A DNA stretch of 64,000 bases. Source: Candidatus Cloacimonadales bacterium (GTDB taxonomy: Bacteria; Cloacimonadota; Cloacimonadia; Cloacimonadales; JAFGVF01). The stretch's first letter is position 1. Every line of letters begins with the position of its first letter. A model generated the notes under the pieces. It made no database searches and was not told the origin of the DNA. It worked only from the letters and a program-made list of their open reading frames with translations. Location: NCBI GenBank assembly GCA_963667035.1, contig OY762964.1:3038114-3102113 (forward strand), written 5' to 3'. Of the stretch, positions 63,163-64,000 are shown one piece after another. A program made the translations under genes and the position numbers.

Positions 63163-64000
<838 letters not shown>

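Overview
AT-rich bacterial chromosome segment. The 16S sequence and gene content suggest an anaerobe of the Cloacimonadota (WWE1) type; this is an inference from recalled signatures, not a database result. Left to right: a partial YitT gene, YjbR and DUF3147-like genes, and a four-gene operon of uncharacterised membrane proteins (FN3/DUF6754-like protein plus three partners) with codon usage typical of highly expressed genes. Next come a secreted Ig-rich protein, a sigma54 two-component pair, a NEW3-ABC operon with a clear -24/-12 promoter and tandem enhancer palindromes, and an acyl-CoA ligase. A complete rrn operon follows (16S-tRNA-Ile-tRNA-Ala-23S-5S), then TraB/GumN, EamA, FGE-sulfatase, a pseudo-caspase, transketolase, a tandem EEP nuclease and an FKBP. 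A ~15 kb accessory block holds TetR, an RND pump, a two-module NRPS with a Cys-type thioesterase, and a GH3. The right end has acyP, LysM-M23, a sigma70 factor, ptb, rlmH, an unannotated small membrane ORF, PAS kinases, an orphan groES with a CIRCE-like element, GHL10 and GH130, a metal permease and the start of eno. The best candidates for undescribed biology are (1) the four-gene membrane complex, (2) a family of intergenic palindromes built from 11-bp periodic units (three copies plus a second sequence type), and (3) the stand-alone NRPS.
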